Below the pieces are notes generated by a model. That model ran no database searches and had not been told where the DNA came from. It saw nothing but the letters and a program-made list of their open reading frames with translations. Positions 28,571 through 39,969 of a stretch of 59,155 nucleotides of DNA are shown piece by piece. Positions within the stretch are counted from its first letter, which is position 1. Every line of letters begins with the position of its first letter. The stretch is from positions 1 to 59,155 of the forward strand of contig JBBWZJ010000208.1 in the NCBI GenBank assembly GCA_039648985.1. The letters are read 5' to 3'. The stretch is from Acidobacteriota bacterium. GTDB lineage: Bacteria > Acidobacteriota > Vicinamibacteria > Vicinamibacterales > 2-12-FULL-66-21. A program made the position numbers and the translations under genes.

Positions 28571-31086
28571 GCGAGGCGCCCGGGGCGCGCACTCGCCCCG
28601 GCGGGCTGGAGATCTGGAAGTTCGGCGGCGCGTCGCTCGCGGATGCGGCGGCGATTCAGCGGGCCGCCGCGCTGATTGGTGCGCACCCCGGTCCACTCGT
28701 GATCGTCGCGTCGGCGCTCGGGGGTGTGACCGACCTGCTCCTGAACGGCGCGGCGCTCGCGGCGTCCGGCAAAGCGGATGAAGCGGGGCGCGTGGCGGCG
28801 GTGTTTCTCCGGCGGCATCACGACGTCGCGAAGGCGCTGCTCCCCGAAGGGGCGTCGCGGCGAGCCCTTCTCCGGACCATCGACGCCGCCGCACGTGAAT
28901 ACCGCGACCTCTGCGGCGCTGTGGCGGTGCTCGGGCATCTGGCGCCGCGGGCGAGCGACATGCTGATCGCGCGCGGTGAACAGATGTCGGCGACCATCCT
29001 GGCCGCCGCGCTCGGCGCCGCGAGGCGGAAAGCTGTCTACGTCGACGCATCGGAGATCGTCGTCACGGACGGTCACCACGGGGGCGCCGCGCCGGATCTC
29101 GCGGAGAGCGGCCGTCGAGCCAAGCGCGCGCTGCGCCCCTTGCTCGCGCGTGGCCTTACGCCGGTCGTGCCGGGGTTCATCGGCGCGGCTCCAGACGGCA
29201 GCATCATCACCCTCGGCCGGGGCGGGTCCGACCTGACGGCCACGCTGCTCGCCCCGCCGCTCGCCGCACGGTGCGTAGTGCTCTGGAAAGACGTGCCCGG
29301 GATTCTCACGGCGGATCCGCGTCTCGTGCCGGACGCCCGCCTGATTCCGCAGCTGCACCATCGCGAGGCCGCCGAGGTCGCGCATTACGGTGCAAAGGTG
29401 CTCCACCCGCGCGCCCTGATTCCACTCGCCGGCACGCGCATCGTGCTCCGGGTCCGATCGTTCATCGATCCCGAGGCGCCTGGAACGGAGGTCTCCGCGC
29501 GCCGGTCGGCCACCGAGTACCCGGTCAAGGCGCTGGCGATCGTGCAGGGCCAGGCGATTGTCACCGTCGCCGGCAAGGGCATGATCGGCGTCCACGGGAT
29601 TGCGGCCCGGACCTTCACGGCCATCGAAGGCGAGCGGCTGTCGGTCTCGACGATTTTCCAGGCCTCGTCGGAGAGCTCGATTGGATTCACGCTGCCGGAG
29701 AGTGAAGCGGACCGCGCGGTCCTGAGCCTTCGGCATGCCTTCCGGACGGAGCTCGCCACCGGACTCATCGACAATGTGACCGCCCGGGCCGGCATGGCGG
29801 TGATCGCTGTCGTGGGCGACGGGATGGCGGGCGCCCCTGGCGTCGCCGCGCGCGTGTTCACCGCGCTCGCGACCCACGCGATCAACGTGGTGGCAATCGC
29901 GCAGGGGTCCTCCGAGCGCAACATTTCGTTTGCTGTGGCCGGTGCGGACGCCGCCGCGGCCGCGCGGTGCGTTCACGCCGCCTTCCAGCTCTCGAAAATT
30001 GGCGGCGGACGGTCCCAGGCCGCGCCGCGCACCGACGTCGTCCTGCTCGGGTTCGGACGTGTCGGACGGGCGCTCGCAGACCAGATCGCCGCGCCGAACG
30101 GCGGACCGGCAGTCCGCGTCATCGGCCTCCTCGATCGATCCGGCTACGTCTTCGAGGCGCGCGGCATCTCCCGGCGGCGCCTCCTGGCCCTGACGCGAGA
30201 GAAGGACGCGGGGGCCCTGCTCACGTCGCTCGGCGGAGAACCAGCCGTCGCGGCGGATGCCCTGACCCTGATGTCGCGCCACGCGGTGTCGCGGCCGGTG
30301 ATTGTGGACGTCACGAGCGACGAGACAGGCGACCTGCTGCGAGCGGCGCTCGGGCACGGGTTCGACGTCGTGCTCGCGAACAAGAAACCGCTCGCGGGCT
30401 CCTGGCGCAGCTACGCGGATCTGCTCGAGGCGATGACCGCGGGCGGGAGGCGGCTGCGGTACGAGGCTACCGTCGGCGCCGGGCTCCCCATCATCGACAC
30501 ATTCGACAAGCTCGTCGAAACCGGGGACCGCGTGCTGCGGATCGAGGGCTGCGTCAGCGGCAGACTCACGTATGGGGTGTCCGCGGTCTCCTCCGGGACG
30601 CCGTTCTCCGTCGCGATCCGCGAGGCCGTCGAACGCGGCTACGCGGAACCGGACCCCCGCGAGGACCTCTCCGGGCAGGACGCGGCGCGCAAGGCGCTGA
30701 TCCTGGCGCGCCTGCTCGGATACAGAGGCCCGTCGCCGAAGCCGGACAACCTGGTCCCTGTCGCGCTCAGGAAGCTCTCCATCGCCGAGTTCCTGACGCG
30801 CGTGTCCACGCTCGACACCGAGTGGGCCGACAGGACGCGTCGCGAAGCCGCCGCGGGGCGCGTCCTTCGCTACGTGGTGACGGCGACCGCACGGGGCGTG
30901 TCCGCGAGACTGACGGCGGTGCCGGCCGGTGGGCCGATCGGCGCGTTGCGCGGCACGCGCAACCTTGTCGCGTTCACCACCAGGCGGTATCGCACGGAGC
31001 CTCTGGTAATCAGCGGGCCTGGCGCGGGCGCGGAGGTCACCGCCGCCGGGATCCTCAATGACGTCTATTCACTGGCGGCGCGGTGA
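28567..31086 (+). CDS. thrA: Bifunctional aspartate kinase / homoserine dehydrogenase
   Basis: [14 protein letters not shown], two ACT domains, [29 protein letters not shown]. Confidence 0.93.
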   Translation: MSEAPGARTRPGGLEIWKFGGASLADAAAIQRAAALIGAHPGPLVIVASALGGVTDLLLNGAALAASGKADEAGRVAAVFLRRHHDVAKALLPEGASRRALLRTIDAAAREYRDLCGAVAVLGHLAPRASDMLIARGEQMSATILAAALGAARRKAVYVDASEIVVTDGHHGGAAPDLAESGRRAKRALRPLLARGLTPVVPGFIGAAPDGSIITLGRGGSDLTATLLAPPLAARCVVLWKDVPGILTADPRLVPDARLIPQLHHREAAEVAHYGAKVLHPRALIPLAGTRIVLRVRSFIDPEAPGTEVSARRSATEYPVKALAIVQGQAIVTVAGKGMIGVHGIAARTFTAIEGERLSVSTIFQASSESSIGFTLPESEADRAVLSLRHAFRTELATGLIDNVTARAGMAVIAVVGDGMAGAPGVAARVFTALATHAINVVAIAQGSSERNISFAVAGADAAAAARCVHAAFQLSKIGGGRSQAAPRTDVVLLGFGRVGRALADQIAAPNGGPAVRVIGLLDRSGYVFEARGISRRRLLALTREKDAGALLTSLGGEPAVAADALTLMSRHAVSRPVIVDVTSDETGDLLRAALGHGFDVVLANKKPLAGSWRSYADLLEAMTAGGRRLRYEATVGAGLPIIDTFDKLVETGDRVLRIEGCVSGRLTYGVSAVSSGTPFSVAIREAVERGYAEPDPREDLSGQDAARKALILARLLGYRGPSPKPDNLVPVALRKLSIAEFLTRVSTLDTEWADRTRREAAAGRVLRYVVTATARGVSARLTAVPAGGPIGALRGTRNLVAFTTRRYRTEPLVISGPGAGAEVTAAGILNDVYSLAAR

Positions 31087-31099
31087 GGTCGCGACCTGT

Positions 31100-32662
31100 A
31101 TGAGACCTGAGTACACGATCCCATCGACGCGCACGTTGCAGGTGGATGCCGACGCCATGCTGCGGCTCATTCTGACGAGCCGCGTCTACGACGTGGCCCA
31201 CGAGACGCCGCTCGACCCCGCACCCCGGCTCTCGAAGCGGCTCGGGAACACCGTCCTGCTCAAGCGCGAAGACCTGCAGCCGATCTTCAGCTTCAAGCTT
31301 CGCGGCGCCTACAACCACATCGCGCATCTCACGCCCGCGTCGCGCGCTGCGGGCGTCATCGCCGCCAGCGCCGGCAACCACGCCCAGGGAGTGGCCTTCT
31401 CGGCGCGGCACCTCGGCATCCGCGCCCTGATCGTGATGCCGCAGACCACCCCGGAGATCAAGGTGGACGCCGTGCGCGACATGGGCGCCGAAGTGGTGCT
31501 GAGCGGCGACACTTACGCGGATGCCAAAGCGCACTGCGACGTACTGGCGCGGCAGACCGGGCTCGCGTTCGTGCATCCGTTCGACGACCCCCTCGTCATC
31601 GCCGGCCAGGGCACCATCGCGAACGAGATCTTGCGGCATCGCCTCGGAGACGTCTCGGCGATCTTCGTGCCCGTCGGCGGCGGCGGACTCATTGCGGGCA
31701 TCGCCAGCTACGTGAAAGCGCTCCGGCCCTCGGTTCGCGTCATCGGCGTCGAGCCGTTCGAGGCCGACGCGATGTTCCAGTCGCTTGCCGCGGGTCGCCG
31801 GATCGTCCTCGACGGCGTCGGGATCTTCGCCGATGGCGTCGCCGTGCGTGAAGTCGGCGAAATCACGTTCCCGATCGTCCAGGCGACCGTGGACGAAATC
31901 GTCCGCGTCTCGAACGACGAGATCTGCGCCGCGATCAAGGACATCTTCGACGAGACGCGATCGATCCTCGAACCCGCCGGCGCTCTCGCGGTCGCCGGCA
32001 TGCGCGCGTGGGTCACGCGGACGGGCACCACCGGGGCGCGCCTCGCCGCCGTGCTGAGTGGGGCCAACATGAACTTCGACAGGCTTCGGTTCGTCGCCGA
32101 ACGCGCGGAGCTCGGCGAAGCGCGTGAGGCGCTGTTCGGTGTCACGATACCCGAGCGTCCGGGGGCCTTCCGGGAATTTTGCGCGGCAATTGGCCGCCGC
32201 GTGGTGACGGAGTTCAACTACCGGCTGAGCGGACGCGATCACGCGCACATCTTCGTTGGAATCGCGACCCGCTCCAGGGACGACGCCGCGGAGCTCGAGG
32301 CGGCCTTCGAGGCCCGCGGGTACCGGACGGCGATCCTGACCGACGACGAGACCGCGAAACTGCACGTCCGGCACATGGTGGGCGGCCGCAGTCCGGAGGT
32401 CGCGAACGAGCAGCTGTGCCGGTTCGAGTTCCCGGAGCGCCCCGGGGCCCTCATGGCGTTCCTGGAACAGCTCGGCGGCCGGTGGAACATCAGCCTGTTC
32501 CACTACCGCAACCACGGCGCCGATTTCGGCCGGGTGCTCGCCGGATTCGAGGTCCCGGCCAGCGACATGCTGCGCTTCGAAGAGTTCCTCGACGGCCTGG
32601 GCTACCGCTATCAGCGCGAGATCGGCAACGCCGGGTACGAGCTGTTCCTGGCGGGCCATTGA
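31100..32662 (+). CDS. ilvA: Threonine ammonia-lyase, biosynthetic
   Basis: KREDLQPIFSFKLRGA, SAGNHAQG, two C-terminal PERPG regulatory repeats, FHYRNHG. Confidence 0.96.
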   Translation: MRPEYTIPSTRTLQVDADAMLRLILTSRVYDVAHETPLDPAPRLSKRLGNTVLLKREDLQPIFSFKLRGAYNHIAHLTPASRAAGVIAASAGNHAQGVAFSARHLGIRALIVMPQTTPEIKVDAVRDMGAEVVLSGDTYADAKAHCDVLARQTGLAFVHPFDDPLVIAGQGTIANEILRHRLGDVSAIFVPVGGGGLIAGIASYVKALRPSVRVIGVEPFEADAMFQSLAAGRRIVLDGVGIFADGVAVREVGEITFPIVQATVDEIVRVSNDEICAAIKDIFDETRSILEPAGALAVAGMRAWVTRTGTTGARLAAVLSGANMNFDRLRFVAERAELGEAREALFGVTIPERPGAFREFCAAIGRRVVTEFNYRLSGRDHAHIFVGIATRSRDDAAELEAAFEARGYRTAILTDDETAKLHVRHMVGGRSPEVANEQLCRFEFPERPGALMAFLEQLGGRWNISLFHYRNHGADFGRVLAGFEVPASDMLRFEEFLDGLGYRYQREIGNAGYELFLAGH

Positions 32663-32741
32663 GTGGGCAACTGAACTCTCTCGTCCACACCGGCGCGCGA
32701 AGCTGGGCGATCCCGCGCTGATCAGGAGCCCCCGTTTACGG

Positions 32742-33959
32742 ATGTCGTACCCTCCCGAGACCATCGCGCCACCCAGGGACAGCCGCACCGCGTTTCCGGT
32801 CCTCGGAGCGCTCAGCCTCTGCCACCTGCTGAACGACATGGTGCAGTCCCTGCTGCCCTCCATCTATCCGATCCTGAAAGCGTCGCTCCATCTCGACTTC
32901 AGTCACATCGGACTGATTACCCTCGCGAACCAGCTCACCGCGTCGCTGCTTCAGCCCGTCGTCGGTTACTACACCGATCGTCGTCCGCAGCCGCAATCGC
33001 TCGCGGTCGGCATGACGTTCACGCTGTCCGGTCTGCTGCTGCTCGCGTGGGCCGGCCATTTCGGCACGGTGCTCGCGGCGGCGGGACTCATCGGGATCGG
33101 GTCCTCGATTTTTCACCCCGAGTCCTCACGCATCGCGCGGCTCGCCTCCGGCGGACAGCACGGCCTGGCCCAGTCGCTGTTCCAGGTTGGTGGCAATGCC
33201 GGATCCGCCATCGGTCCGCTGCTCGCGGCGTTCATCGTGCTGCCGCGTGGCCAGGGCAGCCTGTCGTGGTTCGCCGTTGCGCCGGTCGTCGCCATCACGA
33301 TGCTGTGGCGTGTGGGTGGGTGGTACGGCCGCCGCGCGCACCGGGTGACGGGGCCGCGGGCCGCCGGACATGCGGCGCACCATCACCTCACGAACCGGCA
33401 GGTGACGCGCGCGCTGATCGTGCTGCTCGTCCTCGTGTTCTCGAAGTATATCTACCTCGCGAGTCTGAGCACGTACTACACGTTCTACCTGATCGAGACC
33501 TTTGGCGTGTCGGTCCGCAGCGCCCAACTGCACCTGTTCGTCTTCCTGGGCGCGGTCGCGGCGGGCACGATTCTCGGCGGCCCCGTCGGCGATCGCGTCG
33601 GACGCAAATACGTGATCTGGGGATCGATTCTCGGCGTCCTGCCGTTCTCGCTCGCGCTGCCCCACGCGAATCTGGCGATGACAGGCGTCCTCAGCGCCGT
33701 CATCGGCCTGATCCTCGCCTCGGCATTCTCCGCGATCATCGTCTATGCCCAGGAGCTGGTCCCGGGGAAAATCGGGATGATCTCGGGAATGTTCTTTGGT
33801 TTTGCCTTCGGAGTGGGCGGCCTCGGGGCCGCGGCGCTGGGCGCTCTCGCCGACCGGACGACGGTGACGTTCATCTATCAGATATGTGCGTGGCTGCCGG
33901 CGCTCGGTCTGCTGACCGCCTTCCTGCCGGACGTGGAGCCGAGACGCGACAGACCGTGA
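32742..33959 (+). CDS. MFS transporter, Fsr (fosmidomycin resistance) family
   Basis: HLLNDMVQS, FHPESSR, AQSLFQVGGN, 12-TM pattern. Confidence 0.9.
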   Translation: MSYPPETIAPPRDSRTAFPVLGALSLCHLLNDMVQSLLPSIYPILKASLHLDFSHIGLITLANQLTASLLQPVVGYYTDRRPQPQSLAVGMTFTLSGLLLLAWAGHFGTVLAAAGLIGIGSSIFHPESSRIARLASGGQHGLAQSLFQVGGNAGSAIGPLLAAFIVLPRGQGSLSWFAVAPVVAITMLWRVGGWYGRRAHRVTGPRAAGHAAHHHLTNRQVTRALIVLLVLVFSKYIYLASLSTYYTFYLIETFGVSVRSAQLHLFVFLGAVAAGTILGGPVGDRVGRKYVIWGSILGVLPFSLALPHANLAMTGVLSAVIGLILASAFSAIIVYAQELVPGKIGMISGMFFGFAFGVGGLGAAALGALADRTTVTFIYQICAWLPALGLLTAFLPDVEPRRDRP

Positions 33960-34250
33960 GCGTCAGACGTGCTCCCTGAATACGAGGAGGGGACTCGGGC
34001 GCGGCGCGGACACCGACACGCAGTCTGGGTAGGATGACAGCGGTACGTGGCCCCATTGACCTGGCTGGTATAGATGGCCACCAGCGTCGCAGGATCCTGA
34101 ACGCCGGCCGCCAGATGGAAGAGCAGGGCGTCGGTCCCGCGGCAGGCATGGCGCCGGCCGACGCTGTCGAAGATGCGTGCCGCCTCGGAACGGGGCGGGC
34201 CTGAACCTCAGGATCGACAACTTACGCTACAGTTGAGTGTCCGCATTTTC

Positions 34251-35312
34251 ATGGCCAGCATCGACGCGGTACGCCGACAGAATCCGTTGCGCGGGGTGCT
34301 CGCGTCACAGCAGGCCGGGCTCGTGCTCGTCATCCTCCTGCTCGCCGCGGTGCTGACGCTGCTCGCCGGCTCTCATGCGGACCGCGTGACCGGCCGAACG
34401 GTCAATAACTTCCTGAACTCCTACACGCTGATCCAGACAGCCACCGACGCCAGCTTCTTCGCGATCATGGCCGTCGGCGCAACGGTCGTCATCATCTCGG
34501 GCGGCATCGATCTGTCGGTCGGGTCGATCTATGCGCTCGCGGGCGTCGCGGCCGCCATGGCGCTGCGCGCGCACGGGCCGGCCGACGCCGCCGGCGCCGT
34601 GGCGCTCGGGCTTGCCGTGACGATCGGGGTGGGCCTCGCGTGCGGGTTGATCAACGGGCTGATGGTCGTCTGGCTGAACGTGCACCCGTTCATCATCACG
34701 CTCGGGACCATGTGGATCCTGCGCGGCGTCGCGTTCGTCGCGAGCAACGCCGAGAGCATCCTGCTGCCCCGCGCCCTGACGAACGTCGCGAAGGCGTCGC
34801 TCGGCCTGAGCGCGTCGCTCTATCCAGTGCCGATGCTCGCGATGATCACGGTCACCGTACTCGGCGCGATCTACCTGCGGCAGACGGTCATGGGTCGCCA
34901 CGTGTTCGCAGTCGGCGGCAATCCGGAGGCCAGCCGGTTCTCCGGACTCTCGCTGCGGCGCATCCAATGCAGCGTCTTCGTGATCTCCGGACTGACGGCG
35001 GGGATCGCGGCCTTCATCGGCGCCAGCTTCTACGGATCGGCCTCGTGCGTCGACGCGACCGGCTACGAGCTGTATGTCATCGCGTCGGCTGTCGTCGGAG
35101 GAGCCAGCCTCGCGGGCGGCAAAGGCAGCGCCATCAGCGCCATGCTCGGCGCGCTCCTCATCGTCCTCATCCGGCAATCCATCCGGACCCTGCACTTCGA
35201 TCAGAATTACGAGTGGATCATCATCGGCTGCGCCACAATCATCGCGGTCGTGCTCGACCGCGCCAGCGCCAGCTTCACGGCGCGGCGGCTCGCGCGCGCG
35301 GCCACGCGGTAG
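34251..35312 (+). CDS. Sugar ABC transporter permease (RbsC family)
   Basis: GGIDLSVGS, PFIITLG, GRHVFAVGGN, YELYVIASAVVGG. Confidence 0.92.
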   Translation: MASIDAVRRQNPLRGVLASQQAGLVLVILLLAAVLTLLAGSHADRVTGRTVNNFLNSYTLIQTATDASFFAIMAVGATVVIISGGIDLSVGSIYALAGVAAAMALRAHGPADAAGAVALGLAVTIGVGLACGLINGLMVVWLNVHPFIITLGTMWILRGVAFVASNAESILLPRALTNVAKASLGLSASLYPVPMLAMITVTVLGAIYLRQTVMGRHVFAVGGNPEASRFSGLSLRRIQCSVFVISGLTAGIAAFIGASFYGSASCVDATGYELYVIASAVVGGASLAGGKGSAISAMLGALLIVLIRQSIRTLHFDQNYEWIIIGCATIIAVVLDRASASFTARRLARAATR

Positions 35313-35336
35313 GCCCCCACAACACGGGAGAGACAC

Positions 35337-36368
35337 ATGACGAATCGAGTATCCGCGGCCGTGGCGCTGCTGCTGGCCGCCGGAATCCTGGCGGGCTGCG
35401 GCGGCGGACAACAGGGTGCCACCGTCGAGAAGACCCTGGTCTCGAGGGGCGGCCCGCTGAAGATCGCGATGATCGCGAAGAGCTCCACCAACCCGGTCTT
35501 CCTGTCGGCCCGCACCGGCGCGGAAGCGGCAGCCCGCGAGCTCTCCAAGAAGCACGGCATCGCGATCGACGTCGTCTGGATGACGCCGCCGCAAGAGGAC
35601 GGGCAGGTCCAGGCCCAGCGCATCGCCCAGGCGGTCAACGAGGGGGCGAACGCCATCCTGATCTCGTGCTCGGATGCCGGCAAGGTGACCGGCGCGATCA
35701 ATGATGCCGCCGCGCGCGGCGTGCCGGTCATGACCTTCGACAGCGACGCGCCGCAGTCCAAGCGCTTCGCCTTCTACGGGGTGGACGATGTCCGCACCGG
35801 GGAGACGGTGATGCGGGAGCTCGCACCGCTGATGAACGAGAAGGGGGCGGTGGCCATCCTCGCCGGCAACCAGAATGCGCCGAACCTGCGCAACCGCGTC
35901 CTCGGCGTCAAGCAGGAGGCCGCGAAGCATCCGGGCATCAAGATCGTGGACACCTTCTATCACATCGAGACCCCACAGGACGCCGCGGCCGAAGTCGTGC
36001 GGGCGCAGAACGCCAATCCGCAGATCCAGGGGTGGGCCATGATCGGCGGGTGGCCGCTCTTCACACCGACCCTGCTCACCGACCTGGATCCATCGAAAGT
36101 GAAGATCGTCGCGGTTGACGCGCTGCCGGTGGAGCTCGTCTACGTCGAGAAGGGGCTCGCGCCCGTGCTGCTGGCACAGCCGACATACATGTGGGGCTAC
36201 GTATCGGTGCAGCGGATCGTCGACAAGGTGCATCTCAAGCAGGACGTACCGACGATCATCCCCATGGATGTCGTGCGGGTCACCAGGGACAACCTCGGCA
36301 CCTGGGCGCGCCAGCTGCAAACGTGGGGCTTCACCGACGTGCCCGACGCCTATCTGAAGATGCAGTGA
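35337..36368 (+). CDS. Sugar ABC transporter substrate-binding lipoprotein
   Basis: LAGC lipobox; Peripla_BP pattern (GVPVMTFDSD). Confidence 0.92.
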   Translation: MTNRVSAAVALLLAAGILAGCGGGQQGATVEKTLVSRGGPLKIAMIAKSSTNPVFLSARTGAEAAARELSKKHGIAIDVVWMTPPQEDGQVQAQRIAQAVNEGANAILISCSDAGKVTGAINDAAARGVPVMTFDSDAPQSKRFAFYGVDDVRTGETVMRELAPLMNEKGAVAILAGNQNAPNLRNRVLGVKQEAAKHPGIKIVDTFYHIETPQDAAAEVVRAQNANPQIQGWAMIGGWPLFTPTLLTDLDPSKVKIVAVDALPVELVYVEKGLAPVLLAQPTYMWGYVSVQRIVDKVHLKQDVPTIIPMDVVRVTRDNLGTWARQLQTWGFTDVPDAYLKMQ

Positions 36369-36371
36369 CGC

Positions 36372-37877
36372 ATGTCCACGCCTGAGCCCGCGATCCGCTT
36401 CGAGGGGGTGACCCGTCGATTCCCTGGCGTGCTCGCCCTGGACGACGTGAGCTTCGACGTCGCGGCCGGCTCCTGCCACGCGCTCTGCGGGGAGAACGGC
36501 GCCGGGAAGAGCACGCTTGGCAAGATCCTGGGCGGCATCCATCCGCCGGATGGCGGGCGTGTGATCGTCTTCGGCGAGCCGGTCAGCTTTGGGAGCCCCG
36601 AGCAGGCGCTCGCGGCCGGTGTGGCGATCGTCCACCAGGAGCTCGCGTTCTGCGAGAACCTGTCAGTCGCCGAAAACCTGTGCCTCGGGTCCCTGCCCGG
36701 TCACGGACCGTTCGTGTCGCGCGACGCGATGCGGCGCCGCGCGGCGGAGATGCTGGGGACGATTGGGGCCGACGTCGACCCCGACCGCCTCGTCGGCGAG
36801 CTGAGCACCGGGCAGCAGCAGATGCTGCAGATTGCCGCCGCCGTCAGCCGCGGCGCCCGGGTCATTGTCTTCGACGAGCCGACGAGCAGCCTGTCCCAGC
36901 ACGAGGCCGAGCGGCTGTACTGCCTCGTCGCCGACCTGCGCCAACGCGGCGCCACGCTGATTTACGTCAGCCACCGGATGGACGAGATTTTCCGGCTCTG
37001 CGACACGATCACGGTACTCAGGGACGGCCGCCACGTGAGCACGCAGCCCGCTGCGGCACTCACCGAGGCAGCGCTGGTGGAAGCGATGATCGGCCGCCCG
37101 CTCGGGGAGTATTTCCCGAAGCATCTGCACGCGGTTCCCGGGAAAGAGCTGCTCCGTGTGGCAGGACTGACCAGCGAGCCGTCGTTTCGGGACGTGTCGC
37201 TGTCGCTGCGCGCTGGCGAAGTCGTCGGCCTCGCGGGCCTGGTCGGCGCGGGACGATCGGAAATCGCACGGGCGCTCTTCGGGCTCGACGCGAACGCAAC
37301 GGGACGTGTGTGGATCGACGGGGTGGAAGGCATCCCGCGCTCCCCCGTTGCCGCGATGCAGGCGGGCGTCGCCCTTGTGCCGGAGGATCGGAAACGGCAG
37401 GGGCTCGTGCTGAGCATGTCGGCGCTGGCCAACACGACGCTGCCGACTCTGAACGCGCTCTCCCGATTCCTGTTCATCAGGCGCCGTGCGGAACGCGGCC
37501 TCGCGCGCGCCTACTTCGAGCGTCTGCGAGTGCGGGTCTCGGCGCTCGACGCGCTGGCGGCGGGGCTCTCGGGGGGCACCCAGCAGAAGCTCGTGCTCGC
37601 GAAATGGCTCGCCGCCCGCTGCCGCATCCTGATCCTGGACGAGCCCACGCGAGGCGTGGACGTCGGCGCAAAGGCGGAAATCCACGTCCTCATCGACGAG
37701 CTTGCGTCAGCAGGCAATGCGGTGCTGCTGATTTCGAGCGAGCTGCCCGAGGTTCTCCATCTGTCCACGCGCATTATCGTGGTCCGCAGCGGCCGGATCG
37801 CGGGGGAGCTGCCCAGGGCGGAGGCGACGCAGTCGGCATTGATGCGCCTGATGGCCGGAACGGCCACGCAGGGGTGA
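36372..37877 (+). CDS. Sugar ABC transporter ATP-binding protein (RbsA family)
   Basis: GENGAGKST, DEPT twice, GLVGAGR, LSGGTQQK. Confidence 0.95.
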   Translation: MSTPEPAIRFEGVTRRFPGVLALDDVSFDVAAGSCHALCGENGAGKSTLGKILGGIHPPDGGRVIVFGEPVSFGSPEQALAAGVAIVHQELAFCENLSVAENLCLGSLPGHGPFVSRDAMRRRAAEMLGTIGADVDPDRLVGELSTGQQQMLQIAAAVSRGARVIVFDEPTSSLSQHEAERLYCLVADLRQRGATLIYVSHRMDEIFRLCDTITVLRDGRHVSTQPAAALTEAALVEAMIGRPLGEYFPKHLHAVPGKELLRVAGLTSEPSFRDVSLSLRAGEVVGLAGLVGAGRSEIARALFGLDANATGRVWIDGVEGIPRSPVAAMQAGVALVPEDRKRQGLVLSMSALANTTLPTLNALSRFLFIRRRAERGLARAYFERLRVRVSALDALAAGLSGGTQQKLVLAKWLAARCRILILDEPTRGVDVGAKAEIHVLIDELASAGNAVLLISSELPEVLHLSTRIIVVRSGRIAGELPRAEATQSALMRLMAGTATQG

Positions 37878-37896
37878 GGCGAGCTGGCGCGCGCGC

Positions 37897-39465
37897 TCAG
37901 GGCTTGAAGCGCTTCCAGTCGATTCCGAGCTTGCGCACTTTATAGTTCACGATCCGCTCCGTGGTGCGGAGCAGCCGGGCGGCCTTGGCGCGGTTGCCGC
38001 GGGCGCTCTTCAGAGCGTCCTGCAGCAGGTCCTTCTCGTACGCCGCCACCGCATCGTCGAGCGCGATGCTCATCACGGTGCCCGATGCCTCGGCGGTCTG
38101 CAGGGTCGGCGAGAGGTGGTGGGCGTGGATGACGTGCCCGTCGCAGACGAGCACCGCGCGTTCGATGACGTTCTGGAGCTCGCGCGCGTTGCCGGGCCAG
38201 TGATACGAGGTCAGCATGTCGATCGCCGGTGTGGCGAGCCGCCGGATGTCGCGGCCGTGCTCGGCTGAGTAGCGCTGGAGGAAGTGGTCGGCGAGCAGCA
38301 GCACGTCAGGCTTCCGCTCCCGCAGGGGCGGGATGAAGATCGGAAACACGTTGAGCCGGTAGAACAGATCTTCGCGGAAGGAGCCTTTTTCGATCGCCCG
38401 TTCGAGATCCTTGTTGGTCGCGGCGATCAGGCGGACGTCGGACTTGAGCGTCTCGTGCCCGCCGAGACGTTCGAACTCGCGCTCCTGGAGAACCCGCAGA
38501 AGCTTGACCTGCGTGGCGAGCTGCACATCGCCGATTTCGTCGAGAAACAGCGTGCCGCCCTCCGCCAGCTCGAAGCGCCCCTTCTTCCGCGCGTCCGCGC
38601 CCGTGAACGCCCCCTTCTCGTATCCGAACAGCTCGGATTCGATGAGCGTGTCGGGCAGCGCGCCGCAGCTCACTTTGACGAACGGCTTCTTCGCGCGTGA
38701 CGAGTTGTAGTGGATGGCGCTCGCGATGAGCTCCTTGCCCGTCCCGGACTCGCCGCGCAGCAGCACGGTGGTGTTCGTGCGCGCCACCTGCGCCACCTGC
38801 TCGTAGACGCGCTGCATCGGTCCGCTGTTGCCGACGATCCCGGCGAAGTCGTACCGCTCGCGGAGCTCCTGCTTCAGGTGCGCGTTCTCGTTGACCAGCC
38901 GTTTGTGCTGGGCGGCGACGAGCCGCTGCACCTTGAGCGCCTGGCCGATCGCGGAAGCCACCACGCTGTAGAAGGCCTTCGAACGTTCGTAGTTCCGGTC
39001 CGCCTTGAACTTGAGGCTGACGCCGAGCGCGCCGACCACGCGGCGATCGAACCCGATCGGCACGCAGATGAAGCTCGTCTCCTCCGCCTGCGCGTCTTCG
39101 CGGCCGTTGGCGCGCAGCACCAGCGAAGGTTCGCGGCTGACGCGCGTGACGATGACCGCCTTGCCGGTTTCGACGACCTTGCCGATGACGCCTTCGCCGA
39201 GGGTGTAGTGGATGTGGTGCGACGGCCGATTCAGCCCGTGCGCCGCCTCCACGTGCAGCTGGCGTCCCTCCTCGTCGAGGCGGACAATCAGGCTCTGCGC
39301 GATGGCGTGCCGCCGCGCGAGCGTCTCGAGCACTTCCTGCAGCGCGCTCTTGGTGTTGAGCGTGCTCGAGAGCGCGTCGGTGATCTGGAGCAGCGTGGCG
39401 AGCCGTTCCTGTTCGGTCGAGGGGCTGTCGGTCGGACTACTGCGTGCGGCAATCTTCGTGGTCAT
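37897..39465 (-). CDS. sigma54-dependent transcriptional activator (GAF-AAA+-Fis HTH, NifA-like architecture)
   Basis: GAF domain; GESGTGKE, GAFTGA, LFLDEIGD, WPGN, HTH; start inferred at MTTKIAA. Confidence 0.93.
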   Translation of the reverse strand: MTTKIAARSSPTDSPSTEQERLATLLQITDALSSTLNTKSALQEVLETLARRHAIAQSLIVRLDEEGRQLHVEAAHGLNRPSHHIHYTLGEGVIGKVVETGKAVIVTRVSREPSLVLRANGREDAQAEETSFICVPIGFDRRVVGALGVSLKFKADRNYERSKAFYSVVASAIGQALKVQRLVAAQHKRLVNENAHLKQELRERYDFAGIVGNSGPMQRVYEQVAQVARTNTTVLLRGESGTGKELIASAIHYNSSRAKKPFVKVSCGALPDTLIESELFGYEKGAFTGADARKKGRFELAEGGTLFLDEIGDVQLATQVKLLRVLQEREFERLGGHETLKSDVRLIAATNKDLERAIEKGSFREDLFYRLNVFPIFIPPLRERKPDVLLLADHFLQRYSAEHGRDIRRLATPAIDMLTSYHWPGNARELQNVIERAVLVCDGHVIHAHHLSPTLQTAEASGTVMSIALDDAVAAYEKDLLQDALKSARGNRAKAARLLRTTERIVNYKVRKLGIDWKRFKP

Positions 39466-39481
39466 CGAGGGTCGATCCGCC

Positions 39482-39655
39482 TGAACAAAATTGTCGCGCG
39501 CATGATCTTCGGCCACCCAATTCTCGCCCGCGCCCCGCCGCCGCGTCAACCGCGAACACCACATCGCAAGCACAAATCCGTGATTCTTCGCCGTGATCAT
39601 GCGTCCGCGCCAGACCTACTTGTCGCTCGACGCACGCGCAATGAACAAAATTGTC
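39482..39655. promoter_or_regulatory. Pair of identical 14-bp operator-like sites
   Basis: TGAACAAAATTGTC at 39482-39495 and 39642-39655; quasi-palindromic ACA-N4-TGT core. Confidence 0.55.
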
Positions 39656-39676
39656 TATTTCGCCCGTGTGGCCCGC

Positions 39677-39933
39677 CATCAGCTATCAGCTTCCCGCTTC
39701 TGGCTTCTGGCTTCGGCTTCCGGCTTCCGGCTTCCCGCTTCCAGCTTCCGGCTTCCGGCTTCCGGCTTCCGGCTTCTGGCTTCCGGCTTCCCGCTTCCGG
39801 CTTCCGGCTTCCGGCTTCCCGCTTCCGGCTCCGGCTTCCGGCTTCCCGCTTCCAGCTCCGGCTTCCGGCTTCCCGCTTCCCGCTTCCGGCTTCCGGCTTC
39901 CGGCTTCCGGCTTCCGGCTTCCAGCTTCCGGCT
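39677..39933. repeat. Heptamer tandem array (VGCTTCC, about 36 units)
   Basis: Begins ATCAGCTATCAGCT, then GGCTTCC/CGCTTCC/AGCTTCC units with a few 6-nt variants. Confidence 0.95.
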
Positions 39934-39969
39934 GAGAGCTCCACAGTGCCGTGTCTGGAGCCGAAGCTC

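Noticed and set aside
33960-34250. Possible pseudogene fragment on the minus strand (..ALLFHLAAGVQDPATLVAIYT..)
   Set aside because: No clear start and no recognisable family; cannot be supported without a search
37897-39465. nifA / nitrogen fixation
   Set aside because: GAF-AAA-HTH architecture is generic and no nif genes are in the window
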